Made by a program: the position numbers and the translations under genes. A stretch of 31,598 nt of DNA from a virus (taxonomy: Duplodnaviria > Caudoviricetes). The stretch covers positions 1 to 31,598 of IMG/VR virus record IMGVR_UViG_3300032301_000514; one strand, given 5' to 3'. Below the pieces are notes generated by a model that was given only the letters and a program-made list of their open reading frames with translations, did not search any database and had not been told where the DNA came from. This document shows, piece by piece, positions 1 through 7,670 of this stretch. Position 1 is the first letter of the stretch, and each line of letters begins with the position of its first letter.

Positions 1-18
1 CATTTCAGAAAAAAAAAG

Positions 19-576
19 TCATTTCAATCTGATTTCCTTGATTCGTTTTTTCATGTCTTCAATCATTTCCATGATTTCGTGCTTCATGAAGTTTGCTGGT
101 CTTTGACTTTTGAATTCAAGTTCTTCCAGTTCTTGTTCAGTGATTCGTTTTGTGATGTTTTTTCGATATTCATGAACATTTCCACGAAGATGTTGATTGC
201 AGTGAACACATTGACCATGAATGTTTGTCAAATCAAATCTGATTGATGGATATGAACCGACTGAAAAGAAATGTCCAGCATCAAATTTTGCTTTCAATGG
301 TTTGTTGCATGAAATGCATCTTTTGTTTCTGTCACGTAAACGAACAAAAGTGTTCACCAGTGTTTGCAATTCTTGAAGATAGTCTTGAAGTGTCTTCAAT
401 GATTCTTTCTTTTCCTTCCATCTGATGTTGTCATCCAGTTTTTGTTTTTTCTTGATTTTCGACAACTTTTCCATTGCTTCAATCAGTTTGCAATCTTGAT
501 TCCAGCAATACTTTTCAAGTGAACTGAATCGTGGTTCAAATGGTGTCTTGCAATTTTTACATTTCTTCATCTTCAA
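19..576 (-). CDS. ninG: NinG/Rap-family recombination endonuclease
   Basis: N-terminal CxxC, then FVRLRD..CISC..DAGHF..RFD..NIHGQCVHCN, the lambda NinG HNH-like pattern. Confidence 0.88.
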   Translation of the reverse strand: MKMKKCKNCKTPFEPRFSSLEKYCWNQDCKLIEAMEKLSKIKKKQKLDDNIRWKEKKESLKTLQDYLQELQTLVNTFVRLRDRNKRCISCNKPLKAKFDAGHFFSVGSYPSIRFDLTNIHGQCVHCNQHLRGNVHEYRKNITKRITEQELEELEFKSQRPANFMKHEIMEMIEDMKKRIKEIRLK

Positions 577-772
577 AAAGTGTTAATTGATTTTTATGAA
601 TCAAAATGATTTGTTCGTTTTTAAGCAGTTTAATGAATTCTTTGTTGTTCATGACATGATTCTTCATTTCAGATTCAATAGGTTTGTCAAACCATTCAAA
701 ATCATCACTGGTCAAATCATTTGCATCATCTGAATGAATGATTTTTCTTGTTTCAATGATTTGTGCTTTCAT
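557..772 (-). CDS. Hypothetical protein (71 aa, MKAQIIE...)
   Basis: ATG at 772 overlaps the dnaB stop (TGATG coupling); start shortened from the ORF-track 814. Confidence 0.65.
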   Translation of the reverse strand: MKAQIIETRKIIHSDDANDLTSDDFEWFDKPIESEMKNHVMNNKEFIKLLKNEQIILIHKNQLTLFEDEEM

Positions 773-2046
773 CACGTGAATTTTGATGTCTTCAAGTCCA
801 CCATCATTTCCCAAATTCCGATTTCACCTTCACGATTCTTTGCAATTATCAATTCACAAACGTTTGTGGAATCATTTCCATTGTATGTTTCACCTTCACC
901 AAAGTATTCAGGTCGATGAAGGAATGCAACAATTGATGCATCTTGTTCGATTTCACCACTTTCTTTCAAGTCTGGAAGTGATGGTCTTTTTCCAGTTTTG
1001 GATGAAACACGTGAAAGTTGTGCAAGTGCAAGACATGGAATCTGCATATTTTGACAAATCAGTTTTAATCCATTGCTTATTTCAGAAACAACTTCATATC
1101 TTGACCTTGATGTTTTTGGTTGTATTTTTTGAATGTAGTCAACAAAGAACAAATCAATCTGGTGTTCACGTTTCAATTTGTTCATTTCAGATGCAATGTC
1201 ATTGATGGAATGTGAACCTTCAAAAATGAAGATGTTCTTCCAGATGTCCATTTCTTGAACTTTGTAAATTCGATTCACTTCTTCTTGACTGCAATTTCCG
1301 AATTTTATCTTGTTTGAATCGATTCCAGAAATGTTTGCAAGAATTCTTCTGACCATTTGTTTTTTTGTCATTTCCAGTGCAAAGAATGCAATCTTCTTTC
1401 CTTGCATGACCATCTTCACCATCGTGTTGACACCGAATGCAGTTTTTCCCATTGCTGGTCTTGCACCAACAACCATCACATCCACTGGTTCAAGAAGAAC
1501 CACTTGATTCAAAAACGAATAACCGATTTCAGTTCCACAAATCTTTCCATCTTTTGCATTGATATGGTCATTCACAACATCAAAAATCACATCAACATTT
1601 GATTTGTCTTTCTTTTGGTCAAACTTCACATCACTTCCAGATTGAATGATTTCATGAAATTTAAACATGGTCAAGTTTTCTGATTCCAGAAGAACATCAA
1701 TTTGATTTCTGATTGAAATTGCTTTTTCAAAAACTACTTCTTGAATGCATTGTTCGAACAATGATGACAATCGAAGAACACTGGTCATGGAATATGCTTC
1801 TGATGTCAAGTGTGAAATTTGGACAACAACTTTCTGGTCAAACCAACCATTTTCTTTGAATTGCAATGTGATTGTCAACAAATCAATGTCCTTCTTTTGT
1901 TTAATTAGTTGTGAAATTGCTTCATAAATTCGTTTCTGGAATCCAGTCTTCAAGAATCTTTCATCAATTCGACTGAATGTTTCAATGCAGTCAGTTCTTG
2001 TTTGATGCATCATCAAACCGAAAATTTGTTCAATTGCTGGTTTCAT
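772..2046 (-). CDS. dnaB: DnaB-like replicative helicase
   Basis: Walker A GARPAMGKT, FALEM, VDYIQ, LAQLSR, DLKESGEIEQDA, IIAKNREG. Confidence 0.96.
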   Translation of the reverse strand: MKPAIEQIFGLMMHQTRTDCIETFSRIDERFLKTGFQKRIYEAISQLIKQKKDIDLLTITLQFKENGWFDQKVVVQISHLTSEAYSMTSVLRLSSLFEQCIQEVVFEKAISIRNQIDVLLESENLTMFKFHEIIQSGSDVKFDQKKDKSNVDVIFDVVNDHINAKDGKICGTEIGYSFLNQVVLLEPVDVMVVGARPAMGKTAFGVNTMVKMVMQGKKIAFFALEMTKKQMVRRILANISGIDSNKIKFGNCSQEEVNRIYKVQEMDIWKNIFIFEGSHSINDIASEMNKLKREHQIDLFFVDYIQKIQPKTSRSRYEVVSEISNGLKLICQNMQIPCLALAQLSRVSSKTGKRPSLPDLKESGEIEQDASIVAFLHRPEYFGEGETYNGNDSTNVCELIIAKNREGEIGIWEMMVDLKTSKFT

Positions 2047-2642
2047 AGTGTTGGAATGTATTTTGTTGAAACAACTTTCACTTCTTCAATTTCATCATTC
2101 CAGCATTCACCATTGAACCATGTCAGAAGATTCTTTCTGAATTTAACATCTGGTGTTGATTGAACATATTTTCGTGCTTGTTCTTGAATCCATGTTCTTT
2201 TTCCTTTTGGAATCTTCTTCCATGCTTTGAAACATTTTGCTTTGTCAATTTTCTTTCCATACAAATTCCAAAAGATGTCAAACAAAAGAATATCATTTTC
2301 ATTATCATTATCATTATCACTATCGTGGTTTTTTGGGTTTGATTCGGTTTTGTTCGGTTTTTCAGAAACCATGTCGGTTTTTTCGGTTTCTGTCTTTTTC
2401 GGTCTTCCACCAAATTTTCCATTTTCACGATTCTTTTCACATTTGACTTCATATTTTTCAAAGTCACGTGTGAATTGATTCTTGAAAGGAATGAAACACA
2501 TCTTCATTGCAAAGTCCAGTTCTGGTTCTTTTCCAGAATTGAAGTCACGAATTGCTTTGAATAGGATTCCAGATTGTTCATTTGTCAGTTCATCCAGAAC
2601 CGAAAGTGCATCCATGTGAAGGATGAAGGATGTTTTTTTCAT
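2043..2642 (-). CDS. Putative replication initiator/replisome organiser (DUF6291-like N-terminus)
   Basis: KTSFILH..LDELTNEQ.G.LFKAI N-domain, NRENGKFGGRP, low-complexity linker, FDIFWNLY.KK C-domain; directly upstream of dnaB; start set at ATG 2642 downstream of a promoter box. Confidence 0.75.
   Translation of the reverse strand: MKKTSFILHMDALSVLDELTNEQSGILFKAIRDFNSGKEPELDFAMKMCFIPFKNQFTRDFEKYEVKCEKNRENGKFGGRPKKTETEKTDMVSEKPNKTESNPKNHDSDNDNDNENDILLFDIFWNLYGKKIDKAKCFKAWKKIPKGKRTWIQEQARKYVQSTPDVKFRKNLLTWFNGECWNDEIEEVKVVSTKYIPTL
2291..2405. repeat. Iteron-like array (TCGGTTT/GGTTT at about 10-bp spacing) plus an AT-rich (TCATTA)n tract; putative replication origin
   Basis: GGTTT at 2327, 2336, 2346, 2356, 2376, 2385; inverted AAACC at 2366; adjacent TATCAT repeats at 2291-2324. 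Confidence 0.65.
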
Positions 2643-2666
2643 GATTGATTGTTTTGATTGTTTTTG

Positions 2667-2674
2667 CAAATATA
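2667..2674 (-). promoter_or_regulatory. Bacteroidota -7 promoter element TATATTTG
   Basis: Matches TAnnTTTG; intergenic; 24 nt upstream of ATG 2642. Confidence 0.7.
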
Positions 2675-2686
2675 CTTTTTTTCAAA

Positions 2687-2926
2687 TTACATTCTTGATT
2701 TAAAAACACGATACCAGACACCATCGATTTCTTTTTCTTCAAAATCAGTGTATTCTTCAAAGTCCATTGAAACTGAAACAACTGCACTTCCAGAAGTGAA
2801 TTCATTGAATTGTGTTCCATTCTTCAATTGATTTGCAGTCATTGTCAATGCACCTGAAACATCATTGATGTCTTCAATCTGAATCTTGATGATGATGTTC
2901 TTTTTTTTCATTGGTGGTTTTTTCAT
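2687..2926 (-). CDS. Hypothetical protein
   Basis: ORF with ATGA overlap to the upstream gene. Confidence 0.7.
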   Translation of the reverse strand: MKKPPMKKKNIIIKIQIEDINDVSGALTMTANQLKNGTQFNEFTSGSAVVSVSMDFEEYTDFEEKEIDGVWYRVFKSRM

Positions 2927-3108
2927 GATTTGTATTTTGTTTCAAGATAATCAAGATATAACTTGACATTGAATGAACCACCTTTGTCAAGACAATGTGT
3001 CAATGTTTGGTTCTTCCAGAACTTGATGCAGTGCATGATGTCTGGTGGATGTGGAATGAACACATTTTCCACTTCGATTTTTTCTGTTTTTGGTTTCAAG
3101 TTTTTCAT
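2923..3108 (-). CDS. Hypothetical protein
   Basis: ATGA-coupled to its neighbours on both sides. Confidence 0.7.
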   Translation of the reverse strand: MKNLKPKTEKIEVENVFIPHPPDIMHCIKFWKNQTLTHCLDKGGSFNVKLYLDYLETKYKS

Positions 3109-3260
3109 TTTTGAATGATTTTTTTGATGATTGATGAATGTTTGTCGATTTTGATTTTTGCTTCTGCAAGACTTTCTGCATGAATGATGGTCTTGTGCAG
3201 TGCAATTCTTTTGAAAGTCACTGCACTAATTTGAAACCAATGGAATTCGAATGTTTTCAT
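3105..3260 (-). CDS. Small hypothetical protein (51 aa, MKTFEFHWFQ...), absent from the ORF track
   Basis: Translated by hand; A-rich leader; TGA overlaps the next ATG. Confidence 0.65.
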   Translation of the reverse strand: MKTFEFHWFQISAVTFKRIALHKTIIHAESLAEAKIKIDKHSSIIKKIIQK

Positions 3261-3281
3261 GATGTTCTGTTTTTAGATTGA

Positions 3282-3650
3282 TTATTTATTGAAATATTCG
3301 TTTGCAATTTTGTATGCAATTTCATCATTGTCATCTGATGTGATGTTCTTCAAAACATACTTCATTGATTTGATGACCTGAATCCATTCTTGATTGTCAA
3401 TTTTTTTGTCAAAACATAGTTCAAACATTTCTTCAAAATGGTTCACTTCGTACAATTTGAATGTCAAACCACTGAATGAAAAAATGGTGTCATGAAATAA
3501 ATTCACATCATTCATTGCAAGTGACATGAATGAAAATGATTCTTTTTTAATTTGTGCTTGACAAACAACTTCAAAATGTTGTGCAAATTTCAAATTGTTT
3601 TTCAATGTAATTAACTGATTTTCAAGTGTTTGTGTTGTATTTGCTTTCAT
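3282..3650 (-). CDS. Hypothetical early protein (MKANTTQ...)
   Basis: Start moved to 3650 because a promoter box lies at 3683-3690; A-rich leader. Confidence 0.7.
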   Translation of the reverse strand: MKANTTQTLENQLITLKNNLKFAQHFEVVCQAQIKKESFSFMSLAMNDVNLFHDTIFSFSGLTFKLYEVNHFEEMFELCFDKKIDNQEWIQVIKSMKYVLKNITSDDNDEIAYKIANEYFNK

Positions 3651-3682
3651 AATTTCTGTTTTTTTTGCCTTCATTGACTTCA

Positions 3683-3690
3683 CAAATATA
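3683..3690 (-). promoter_or_regulatory. Bacteroidota -7 promoter element TATATTTG (head of the replication operon)
   Basis: TAnnTTTG with a TTG 22 nt upstream; same spacing as the 28602 promoter. Confidence 0.7.
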
Positions 3691-3722
3691 TCCTTTTTTT
3701 CTTTCATGATACCAACAAGGTG

Positions 3723-3785
3723 AAAAAAAAACCATCAAAACCATCATGGTTTGTCAAAAACCGAATGAATTCAATGGTTTCAGAA
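3723..3785. repeat. Cluster of AAACC/GGTTT boxes including palindrome AAACCATCATGGTTT; possible protein-binding site and/or weak terminator
   Basis: Boxes at 3729, 3738, 3748, 3758, 3776; T-tract follows on the minus strand. Confidence 0.45.
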
Positions 3786-3809
3786 TCAAAAAAAAATTCA
3801 ATTATTTTT

Positions 3810-4382
3810 TCAGAATTCTTTCAAAAGACAATATGACACCACTTTTTGTGGTTTCACAAGTTCAATGATTTCAAGATATTTCTTTTTGTTGTTGACTACC
3901 TGACAACCAAGTGACCAACCACCGATGATTTCCTTGATTTCAGTTGATGTCAAATCGTATGTGTTCGAATGAAAGTTGATTCCACACATCACTGGAAATG
4001 AAAGACCTTCTTCAATCTTCTGGTCTTTGTCACCATCACGTGAAATCAAGAATGGTTTCACTTGTCGCAATGCTTCCATTTTTCCACGATGAAGACCAAA
4101 CTTCCAAACATTGTAATAAAATTCATTTGTCTTGATGACTGCAACACCTTCTGGATTGTATTCATTGTAATTCATCAAACCATTCTTTCCAGCATTGGTT
4201 GTTCCAGAAGTCACCATGATGAATTGTTGTCCTTTGAAAAGATAAAATTTGTCATCAAATACATTGAAAGTGTCTTCTTGTGACTGAACACCAAGAATCC
4301 AGTATTCATTCGGAAATTGCTTGAATGATGGAAGTGACTTGACTTTGTTCAGAAGTTGTGCATCGGTGTAGTTTTTAACCAT
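3810..4382 (-). CDS. Putative endolysin with L,D-transpeptidase (YkuD)-like His/Cys motif
   Basis: GINFH...WSLGCQV resembles the H-x(n)-S-x-G-C motif; last gene of a holin-containing cassette. Confidence 0.65.
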   Translation of the reverse strand: MVKNYTDAQLLNKVKSLPSFKQFPNEYWILGVQSQEDTFNVFDDKFYLFKGQQFIMVTSGTTNAGKNGLMNYNEYNPEGVAVIKTNEFYYNVWKFGLHRGKMEALRQVKPFLISRDGDKDQKIEEGLSFPVMCGINFHSNTYDLTSTEIKEIIGGWSLGCQVVNNKKKYLEIIELVKPQKVVSYCLLKEF

Positions 4383-4725
4383 TTTTCTTTTTTCTATAAA
4401 TTAGTGCAGAAATGACAAAAGTGAAGACCAGAATGACCATCACTTTTTCCAGTGGTTTGTTCGAATCATCCTGAATGAACTTTTCCACTTCATGTTGAAG
4501 AACTTTTTCGATGATGATTGTGTCCTGAATGACCAGATGACCATCGATTTCTTTTGTGTTGTGTTTCACAATGGTGTCACAATACAACAATGAATCATCA
4601 TTTTTGCTTGTTTTCATTAGTTCTGGAAGACTTTTCGAATCTTCTTGTCCATTTGTGTCATTTGCAGAATAAAGTTCAGCAGATGTCATCAAAATGAAAG
4701 TGATTGCAATCAATGTTTTTTTCAT
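4375..4725 (-). CDS. Membrane protein with N-terminal signal and C-terminal TM helix (spanin-like position)
   Basis: MKKTLIAITFILM signal-like start; VMVILVFTFVISALIY-RKKK anchor; lies between holin and lysin. Confidence 0.55.
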   Translation of the reverse strand: MKKTLIAITFILMTSAELYSANDTNGQEDSKSLPELMKTSKNDDSLLYCDTIVKHNTKEIDGHLVIQDTIIIEKVLQHEVEKFIQDDSNKPLEKVMVILVFTFVISALIYRKKKNG

Positions 4726-5048
4726 GGTTTTTTGTTTTTTGAATTGAATTTTCTTCGAATCCAGTCAATGACAATGTCATAAACATCATTCACAAAATCA
4801 TCAAGTTTTTCAGTCAGTTCATTTGCAATCCATCCAACACAAAATGAAATCAAGATGATGACCTTTTGTGAAACATCAGTGAAGAACATTTCAATCAGTC
4901 CAGTTGTTGCGTATGTCAAAACACCAGCAATCAACATTCCAATGAAAATGGTGGATTTGTTAAATTTCTTTTTTATCCCTTTCAACAATGCACCAACAAC
5001 ACCAATTGACATTGCAATTAAATCAGTCAAATTTTCCATTCCTTTCAT
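4722..5048 (-). CDS. Putative holin
   Basis: 108 aa, 2-3 hydrophobic helices, basic C-terminus, adjacent to the lysin. Confidence 0.7.
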   Translation of the reverse strand: MKGMENLTDLIAMSIGVVGALLKGIKKKFNKSTIFIGMLIAGVLTYATTGLIEMFFTDVSQKVIILISFCVGWIANELTEKLDDFVNDVYDIVIDWIRRKFNSKNKKP

Positions 5049-5051
5049 TTT

Positions 5052-5522
5052 TTACAATTGTTCTTTGATTTGTCCATCTGTCACTGGTTCTTTTTGTGGA
5101 ATCAATTTTGTAATTGCAAAACCAGTGTATTCAGTAAGGAATGAAAAAATCATTTCATCAAATGACATTGATTGTCCATTGCAAATGAATTCATTTTCCA
5201 TGTATTCAATTGAAACTTGTGTTGTGAATTCACCAGTTTCATTTCCATCAGAATCAAGAACTGGAAGTTCATTCAAAATTGAAATTTCAGTGTATTTCTG
5301 AAAAGTGAACAAATTGAAGTTGTTTGCAATGATTGAAACTGCAATTCTTTCAAGTTTTTCATTGATGACATTTGTCACTGAATTCATTCTTGAATTTGAA
5401 ATTTGAAATTCTGTCATTTCAGTCAATTCACGTTCACGTGTTTCTTTGTTATATAGAAATTCATCTATAAAAATGTAATTTCCTGAATTTTTCAATTCGT
5501 ATTGTTTCAATTTACTTTCCAT
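5052..5522 (-). CDS. Hypothetical protein (first gene behind a TAACTTTG promoter)
   Basis: 156-aa ORF with A-rich leader. Confidence 0.7.
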   Translation of the reverse strand: MESKLKQYELKNSGNYIFIDEFLYNKETRERELTEMTEFQISNSRMNSVTNVINEKLERIAVSIIANNFNLFTFQKYTEISILNELPVLDSDGNETGEFTTQVSIEYMENEFICNGQSMSFDEMIFSFLTEYTGFAITKLIPQKEPVTDGQIKEQL

Positions 5523-5535
5523 TTTTTATTTTTTT

Positions 5536-5546
5536 CAAAGTTAGTC
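5536..5546 (-). promoter_or_regulatory. Promoter element GACTAACTTTG (putative late class)
   Basis: TAnnTTTG match, intergenic, motif recurs five times. Confidence 0.7.
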
Positions 5547-5553
5547 ACTATTT

Positions 5554-7026
5554 TCAGAAATGTGTTCGTTTGTTTTTGAATTTGTCACCGACTTTGCACT
5601 TCAAAATTGCATATCTTGATAATGGAAGATAGTCAAGTGTTGCAGATTCTTCAACAATCACTGGAAGGTCTTGAATTCTATATGAATGATTGTGTGCATT
5701 GTAGTCTGAAATGAACAAATCATTTTCTGACAACAAGAACAATTCAATCAAAGGTCTGGTGAAACATTCAAAAACTGGTTCAGTGATGATTTCGTATTGA
5801 TTCAGGTTTTCACGAATCACACGTTTCATTTCACGATTCTGATAAATAATGTTGTCAATTTCAGTGTTTGGTTGTCGATTTCCAATGAAACCATAAAAAC
5901 GAAAGGATGATTCCACATTTGAATTTGTGAAATCAATTTGTTCCATTTCATGATATGCATTGAAGAATGCACGAACACGTGCAGTTTTCAAAGTGCTTTG
6001 AATTGAATATTTTTGCAATTTGAATTTTCCCCAAATTACAAAACCAACAATTCCACTGATTTCATATTGAATTTTCAATGTGTAACATCCTTCACCATCT
6101 GAATTCAACACATCTTTCCATCTGATGGTTGTGTAATATGCAAAAGGTTCATTGATGAATGCTTGTGGTGTTGGAATGTAATTTGTTGCATTTCCATGTG
6201 AATCTTCCAGAACAAATGTGATGATGTCAGCAGAATCAGATAATTTCATCCATGCACTTGTGACATCATTTTCAAATGTCGATGATGAACCAGAACCAAA
6301 AACCAAATATTCACATTCACAACAACCTTTCAATCCACGATTCGGTTCTTCAAAGTTTTCTGGAAGTCTGATTGAATCGTATTCACGAAAAATTCTTTCT
6401 TCAATTCCACAACTTCGACATTCAGTTGCAGATGTAGTCATTTGAAAACCTTTGATATTCGGCAACCAAAAACCAAATGGACAATTTGAATTGTATTCCA
6501 AACGACCAAGTTGACCACTGACTGAACCTTCAAAAATCCATTCTGTAAAATTCCAATAAATAACTAAATTTTCGAAACCATTTCCAATATTACCATTCCA
6601 TTGATATACATTTCTTCCATTGAATGTTCCAGTTTCAACAACTTGAAATGAAAAACCTTGAAGTATAAAAATACCATTTACATCAATTCCACAATCACAT
6701 GAATCTTCAACTGGAAGACATTCCATTGTTGTGAAAACTTCAAATGTTGATGTGTCACCCCAAACTGGCATTGAACCAAGTGGTGGACATGGTGGTGTCG
6801 AATCCTTCCAAAATGTTGCAAGTGGGAATGCTGGAAATCCAAGACCACCGATTGAAACTTCCCACTGACCAGCACCAGAATTGTTGTAATAAAGGAAATA
6901 ATCAACACCAAGATGATTCCACTGATAAAAATTGAAACCATTGTATGTTCCACCAGTTTGACTTTCAATTGTTGTTGTTGCAGTTTCACCAACAACCATG
7001 AATTCAATTCGAATACATTCACACAT
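5554..7026 (-). CDS. Putative virion/tail protein with two N-terminal Cys-flanked repeats
   Basis: Distal tail position; repeats GGTYNGFNFYQWN / TGTFNGRNVYQWN. Confidence 0.6.
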   Translation of the reverse strand: MCECIRIEFMVVGETATTTIESQTGGTYNGFNFYQWNHLGVDYFLYYNNSGAGQWEVSIGGLGFPAFPLATFWKDSTPPCPPLGSMPVWGDTSTFEVFTTMECLPVEDSCDCGIDVNGIFILQGFSFQVVETGTFNGRNVYQWNGNIGNGFENLVIYWNFTEWIFEGSVSGQLGRLEYNSNCPFGFWLPNIKGFQMTTSATECRSCGIEERIFREYDSIRLPENFEEPNRGLKGCCECEYLVFGSGSSSTFENDVTSAWMKLSDSADIITFVLEDSHGNATNYIPTPQAFINEPFAYYTTIRWKDVLNSDGEGCYTLKIQYEISGIVGFVIWGKFKLQKYSIQSTLKTARVRAFFNAYHEMEQIDFTNSNVESSFRFYGFIGNRQPNTEIDNIIYQNREMKRVIRENLNQYEIITEPVFECFTRPLIELFLLSENDLFISDYNAHNHSYRIQDLPVIVEESATLDYLPLSRYAILKCKVGDKFKNKRTHF

Positions 7027-7031
7027 ATTTT

Positions 7032-7658
7032 TTAAATTTTGCTAATTGTGACAATCAATGATGGTGTTGCTGGATGTGGAACAACCAAATCTGGTGCTTC
7101 TGCAATAAGTGTGATTGAAAGTGAAGAAACTGACCACATCATTTGAATTTCATCGAATGCTTGACAATCAAGAAATGTGTTCCATGATGCAACAAGATAT
7201 TTTGTGCTTCCAATTAAATCAACGTGTGTGTTTGAATTTAGTATGTCAACACCATTTTGTCTGAACCAGATTGAAGTTTTTGCAAGTGAAACACCAGATG
7301 TTCGATTCAGTTGTGCAGAAAATTGAAGATTGTAAATTCCAGCAGATGGAATTTTGATGATTGTTGGTCTTCCAAAACCATCATTTTGAATCACAATTCC
7401 ATTGTAAAAATCACTTGAATTCAATTCCATTGCTTTTGGTGTGTCCAAACTTGTGTGAAGTTGATTTGTGTCATCGTGAAATTGACCAAATGTTCTTGTT
7501 CCAGTGTCATTTGATGCTTCAATGATGTTATTGACATCAAGTTGTTTTGAAATCCAACCACCGACTTCTTGAACATCACAATCAATCATCACTGGAAGTG
7601 TTTGAACATCTGAAAGTGTTGCAAAATCAAGATATTCGTGAATTTTTTCGTTTGCCAT
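7032..7658 (-). CDS. Putative tail/receptor-binding protein with C1q/TNF-like beta-sandwich C-terminus
   Basis: IPSAGIYNLQFSAQL..IWFRQNG..DEIQM pattern; distal tail position. Confidence 0.5.
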   Translation of the reverse strand: MANEKIHEYLDFATLSDVQTLPVMIDCDVQEVGGWISKQLDVNNIIEASNDTGTRTFGQFHDDTNQLHTSLDTPKAMELNSSDFYNGIVIQNDGFGRPTIIKIPSAGIYNLQFSAQLNRTSGVSLAKTSIWFRQNGVDILNSNTHVDLIGSTKYLVASWNTFLDCQAFDEIQMMWSVSSLSITLIAEAPDLVVPHPATPSLIVTISKI

Positions 7659-7670
7659 TTTTTTTATTTT

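Noticed and set aside
2291-2405. CRISPR-like or DGR-like repeats
   Set aside because: Repeats are 5-10 bp without unique spacers; no reverse transcriptase, cas gene or TR/VR pair was seen anywhere.
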